64,000 bases of DNA from Nitrospirota bacterium. Lineage in GTDB: Bacteria > Nitrospirota > UBA9217. The stretch spans positions 96,001 to 160,000 of the forward strand of contig CAVVOB010000016.1 of assembly GCA_963749655.1 (NCBI GenBank), read 5' to 3'. A model generated the notes under the pieces. The model was given only the letters and a program-made list of their open reading frames with translations. It made no database searches and had not been told where the DNA came from. The position numbers were made by a program, and so were the translations under genes. Below are positions 59,790 through 64,000 of this stretch, piece after piece (positions within the stretch are counted from its first letter, which is position 1; each line of letters begins with the position of its first letter).

Positions 59790-61127
59790 TTATCGAAGAC
59801 AATGAAACACGCTCATGCACCACAGGCAGGCGCCGCAGGGTTCGGTGTTCACATAGCAGTCCTGCACGAACTCTTCGCCCTGGACATAATCACAGAGGGC
59901 GAAACTGCAGTTGAAACAGAAGGGATAATCGTAGCCGGTGACGTTCTTTCGGAAGGTCTGGAAGTCCGGACTGTTCCAGATATCAAGGATCCCCTGCTTC
60001 TTCAGGCTGCCGAAGACCCGGGGCTTTACGAGTTTCCGGAAGCCGTCGATGTGGCACGGGTAGCGATGCCACAGGAAATAGCAGGGATGCACATTCCCGT
60101 CCCAGGATACGAAAGCCCCGCCCTCTTCTACGAACTCGCAGGTCCGTTTGCTTTTCGGCATTGCCTCGGGCAGCCTGATATCCATGCCCAGTGCCGTTGC
60201 AACAGCCCTGGACTCCTCGATAATTGCCGCAACCTCCTGCGACCGCACATCGCCGCGCTTCAGAAGGCTGTCAAGGTGGAGGAACACGCCCTGCGAAACG
60301 GCGTCCGCTTTCATCGCTTCCACGGTGTCGAAGACCTTCTGCTCTTCCGCTGTTTTCCCGTATTTGAGGTAAACCGAGGGATAGCGATAGATATCAACAC
60401 CCTCTTGGGCGGCCTTATCCTTCCAGCGCCGAAAGAGCGAAACAGCGACATCCGTATTGGCGTCAAAAAGCGTCTGTCCCACCATGGCCTCTTGATAGGG
60501 AAGCAGGTGGGTCACAATGGCAAAAATGACGCCGTGGCGGGCGGCCCACCGGAGGACCTCGGGAAGGCTGAGATAATTGTCGCGCATCATCACGAACTCG
60601 ATGCCTATTTGGAGCCGTGAGCCGGGGGTCTTCTTCTTTGCATGCTGAAGCGCAGAAAAAGCTCGTTCCATACGACCAAGTTCTCCCCCACTCCGGAGCG
60701 TACGGTAAACCCGCGGATCAACTGCATCAACGGATATGCATATCTTGTCGATACCCGCCTTGACGAGCGACAGGGCGCGCGCTTCAGTAATCAGAAGTCC
60801 GTTGGTCTGAAAACCAACCCAGCCTGTGGCCGGCATGGTCTCTTTTGCTGTTGCGATAAAATGTTCAATCCCGGGATGGAGAAGCGGCTCACCGATGCCG
60901 TTCAGGATGAGCGCATCGAGGTGCTGGAGCGCAGGCACGATCTGATCGAACAATCCGGCTGTAAAAAGGCCTTCCGGTTCGTTTCTGCCCCAGGTCTGCT
61001 TCACGCACATGGGACAGGCGAGGTTGCACCGCGTCGTGGTTTCCACGTACAGCTTGGACGGATAGGGAAGCATCGCCGCGGCAACCCGGGCCGGTTGAGT
61101 AAAAGGCAATTGATCTGATATATTCAT
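59790..61127 (-). CDS. Radical SAM/SPASM putative metalloenzyme maturase (AOR-associated)
   Basis: LYVETTTRCNLACPMC, LNGIGEPLLHP, FQTNG, CEFVEEG..WDGNVHPCYFLWH, Cys-rich tail PFCFNCSFALC...DC...PCGACLWC...CL. Confidence 0.88.
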   Translation of the reverse strand: MNISDQLPFTQPARVAAAMLPYPSKLYVETTTRCNLACPMCVKQTWGRNEPEGLFTAGLFDQIVPALQHLDALILNGIGEPLLHPGIEHFIATAKETMPATGWVGFQTNGLLITEARALSLVKAGIDKICISVDAVDPRVYRTLRSGGELGRMERAFSALQHAKKKTPGSRLQIGIEFVMMRDNYLSLPEVLRWAARHGVIFAIVTHLLPYQEAMVGQTLFDANTDVAVSLFRRWKDKAAQEGVDIYRYPSVYLKYGKTAEEQKVFDTVEAMKADAVSQGVFLHLDSLLKRGDVRSQEVAAIIEESRAVATALGMDIRLPEAMPKSKRTCEFVEEGGAFVSWDGNVHPCYFLWHRYPCHIDGFRKLVKPRVFGSLKKQGILDIWNSPDFQTFRKNVTGYDYPFCFNCSFALCDYVQGEEFVQDCYVNTEPCGACLWCMSVFHCLR

Positions 61128-61394
61128 AAGCCTCACAAAGAGAAATTGAGACACCAGGGCTGGCATCAATCCCTGCCTGCATCGCGGGGTCGGAGCGGAT
61201 CTTCCAGCAGGGTTCTACGCGCTTTCAGCCGAAGACTTCACTTCCAGCATTATCGCGCGGGGAAGAAGCAGAGTCAAGACCGTGCTCTCACTGCAATCTA
61301 CAAAAAACCGGACAGTGCCTGATTCTGCCTGATATAATTACTCATGTCGCCAATCGGTCATAATCAGCCGTAAGCCATCAAGGAGGACAATACC

Positions 61395-61796
61395 ATGGGC
61401 ATGATGAAGGAGTTCAAGGCATTTGCAATGCGGGGCAACGTCGTAGACATGGCAGTGGGCATTGTTATCGGGGCAGCGTTCGGCAAGATAGTATCTTCTC
61501 TTGTTGCGGACGTGATCATGCCGCCGATCGGCATGCTGCTCGGCAAGATTAACTTCTCCGAGCTTGCCGTGACCTTGAAGGAGCCGGCCGGGGGCGCCGC
61601 CGCGGTGACCATGAACTACGGCAGGTTCATTCAGACCCTCGTGGATTTCGTCATCATCGCCTTCGCGATCTTCATGGTCGTAAAAATAATGAACTCGATA
61701 AAAAAGAAAGAAGAAGCGGCGCCACCCCAACCGCCTGCACCATCGAGAGAGGAGCTGCTTCTTACGGAAATAAGAGATGTCCTGAAGCAGAAATAG
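61395..61796 (+). CDS. mscL: Large-conductance mechanosensitive channel
   Basis: [51 protein letters not shown]. Confidence 0.98.
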   Translation: MGMMKEFKAFAMRGNVVDMAVGIVIGAAFGKIVSSLVADVIMPPIGMLLGKINFSELAVTLKEPAGGAAAVTMNYGRFIQTLVDFVIIAFAIFMVVKIMNSIKKKEEAAPPQPPAPSREELLLTEIRDVLKQK

Positions 61797-61877
61797 CCAT
61801 GCCGACGCCGTGTTAACAACCGACAGAACTTCATCCCTGTGACGGAGGACTTGCAGTACAGGGCGCCACGTTACATA

Positions 61878-61920
61878 AGCCGGGATCCAGCCCTTCCCAG
61901 AAACCGCTGGATTCCCGGCC
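61878..61920. repeat. REP-like palindrome
   Basis: gccgggatccag ... ctggattcccggc; same core as 44516-44575. Confidence 0.6.
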
Positions 61921-62009
61921 TTGCTGCCGTCGTCAAAAACCGTTTTATTTGCAGGCCATCCCCTCTTCCTTCTATTTTGACCGATACTTATTTGTGGTAA
62001 TATGCCTTC

Positions 62010-64000
62010 ATGGAAACCAAGAAAGCCGTCATCCCCGTCAAAGGCATGACCTGCGTGAACTGCGCAGCTGCCATCCAGAAGGACATTTCAAAGCTCGTCG
62101 GCGTAAAGACCGCGAACGTGAACTATGCGAACGAGAAAGCGGTGGTCGAGTTCGATCCCGGCGCTGTCGGCCTGGAACCTTCATTCAAGCATCCAGGAAT
62201 CGGGCTACCAGGCGGTTATCGAAACCGATAACGATCCCGGTCCTCGACCTCGATGCTTCCCGCACCAAAGAGCTGGAAATCGTCTCTGCCCTGGACGGCG
62301 TGCTCAAGACCGTGGTGAACGCACGCTGCGAGCCGTTGAGGTCGAGTACGTCCCCGGCCAGCTCGGGCTGCGGGACATCAGGCGGGTGATCGAAAAGGCC
62401 GGGTTCCGCCTTCCCGCCCAGGCAGAGGGCCGCTCGGCACTCGACATCGAAAAAGAGGCGCGTGAGCAGGAGCTGACCGCGCTCAGGAACAAGCTGATCT
62501 TCAGCGCGGTCCTCTCCGTGCTCGATCATGATCGGCAGCTTCCAGGACATGCTGCCGGGCATCACCCTCCTGCCGCAGCAGACCATGTGGTATATCCTCT
62601 TTCGTCCTGTGCACGCCGGTCCAGTTCTGGGCAGGACGGCACTTCTACCAGAATGCCTGGGCCTCGCTCAAACACGGCAGCACGAACATGAACACGCTGG
62701 TCGTGGTCGGGACGACTGCGGCCTACGGATACAGCGCGGTGCTCACCTTCTTCCCCGCTCTTCTCGGACACCACGCAGCCCACGGCGGAGCCTATTACGA
62801 CACGGCAGCCATGATCATCACGCTGATCCTGTTCGGCAAGTATCTCGAAGCCCGCGCCAAGACGCGGGCCGGAGAGGCGATCAAGAAGCTCATGGGACTC
62901 CAGCCGCGCACCGCACGCGTGGTGCGTGAAGGCAGGGAAACGGACATCCCCATCGAAGAGGTCGAGGCAGGAGACCGCATCCTGGTGCGGCCCGGAGAAA
63001 AAGTGCCGGTGGACGGCGTGATCCGCGACGGTTACTCCTCGATCGACGAGTCCATGCTGACCGGCGAAAGCCTGCCGATCGACAAGAAGATCGGAGACCC
63101 CGTTATCGGCGCAACGATCAACAAGACCGGAAGCTTCACCTTCGAGGCCACCAAGGTCGGGCGCGACACCATGCTTGCCCAGATCATCCGCATGGTCCAG
63201 GAGGCCCAGGGCTCCAAAGCCCCGATCCAGCGGCTCGCGGACTACATCTCGAGCATCTTCGTGCCCACGGTCATCTCCATCGGGCTCGTCACCTTCGGCG
63301 TCTGGTATCTCTTCGGACCTGCGGAAACGCGGTTCACCTTCGCGCTCGTGAATTTCATCGCGGTCCTGATCATCGCCTGCCCCTGCGCCATGGGGCTCGC
63401 CACGCCCACGGCCATCATGGTCGGCACGGGCAAGGGCGCGGAGCAGGGCATTCTGTTCAAGAACGCCGAAAGCCTCGAACGGGCACAGAAGATCGATACG
63501 ATCGTGCTGGACAAGACCGGCACGCTCACCCGCGGCGAGCCGACGGTGACGGACGTTCTCAGGGACGGCATGAGCGAACAGGAATTCCTGTTTCTCGCTG
63601 GGTCCGCGGAAAAGGGTTCAGAGCATCCGCTGGGAGAGGCCATCGTGCGCTATGCCGCTGCACGGGGCATCGCGCTTGAGCAGGCCGACGAGTTCGAAGC
63701 GCTTCCCGGCCACGGGATCCGGGCGGTCATCAGGGGCAGCCAGGTCGTTCTCGGGAACGAACGGCTGATGGCGGACCGAAAGATCGATTTCGGATCTTTC
63801 CAGGCACAGGCGGAAAAGCTCTCCGCCCAGGGAAAGACTCCCATGTTCGTCGCCGTGGACGACAAGGCGGCCGGCATCATTGCTGTCGCCGACACGGTCA
63901 GGGAGCATTCGAAGGAAGCCGTGGCAGGGCTCCAGGCTATCGGCCTCGAGGTCGTCATGCTGACCGGTGACAACAAACGGACGGCCCAGGCCATCGCCGA
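62010..64000 (+). CDS. copA: Cu(I)-type P1B ATPase (frameshifted 5' part; runs off window end)
   Basis: GMTCVNC HMA; [77 protein letters not shown]. Confidence 0.92.

Noticed and set aside
61128-61394. 6S RNA or riboswitch between the radical SAM gene and mscL
   Set aside because: Only short local repeats (cttccagca twice); no long bulged hairpin or known consensus could be supported by eye.

Overview
GC-rich bacterial chromosomal window. Gene content and the gatC-panD-gatA-gatB order suggest Nitrospirota or a related anaerobic lineage; this is an inference. Many conserved genes are broken by single-base indels, clustered in patches, most consistent with an imperfectly polished long-read assembly. 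In order, the window holds: ppiD-like (partial), gatCAB with panD, pcrA, glmS, glmU and DUF502; a Geobacter-type T2SS/T4P-like cluster (pilM-pilN-pilO-X-secretin with C-terminal cohesin-like domain-two GspG pseudopilins); a beta-CASP RNase; a DUF4079/cupredoxin pair; phoBR; a nitroreductase; pstSCAB-phoU behind a four-unit Pho box; a PAP2 phosphatase and two divergent GT39 glycosyltransferases; small lipoproteins; a ~2,400-aa surface protein (14 FG-GAP blades, FN3/Ig stalk, C-terminal dockerin-like domain); an envelope-modification cluster (PTP, GT9, LPG-synthase TM, B12 radical SAM, DegT, class I aminotransferase); mtnA, gcvT; a PstS-like binding protein with a PAS kinase; moaD-aor-radical SAM/SPASM; mscL; copA (partial). 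Most notable: (i) a cohesin-bearing secretin co-occurring with a dockerin-tailed giant adhesin, a possible cohesin-dockerin secretion or anchoring code; (ii) many gene junctions occupied by palindromic elements built from 7-10-nt tandem units, some nested and one inside a pilin leader; (iii) a candidate pseudoknotted RNA upstream of the giant adhesin; (iv) several apparently leaderless genes. No tRNA, rRNA, CRISPR array, transposase or integrase was recognised. All family assignments come from motif recognition by eye, not database searches.
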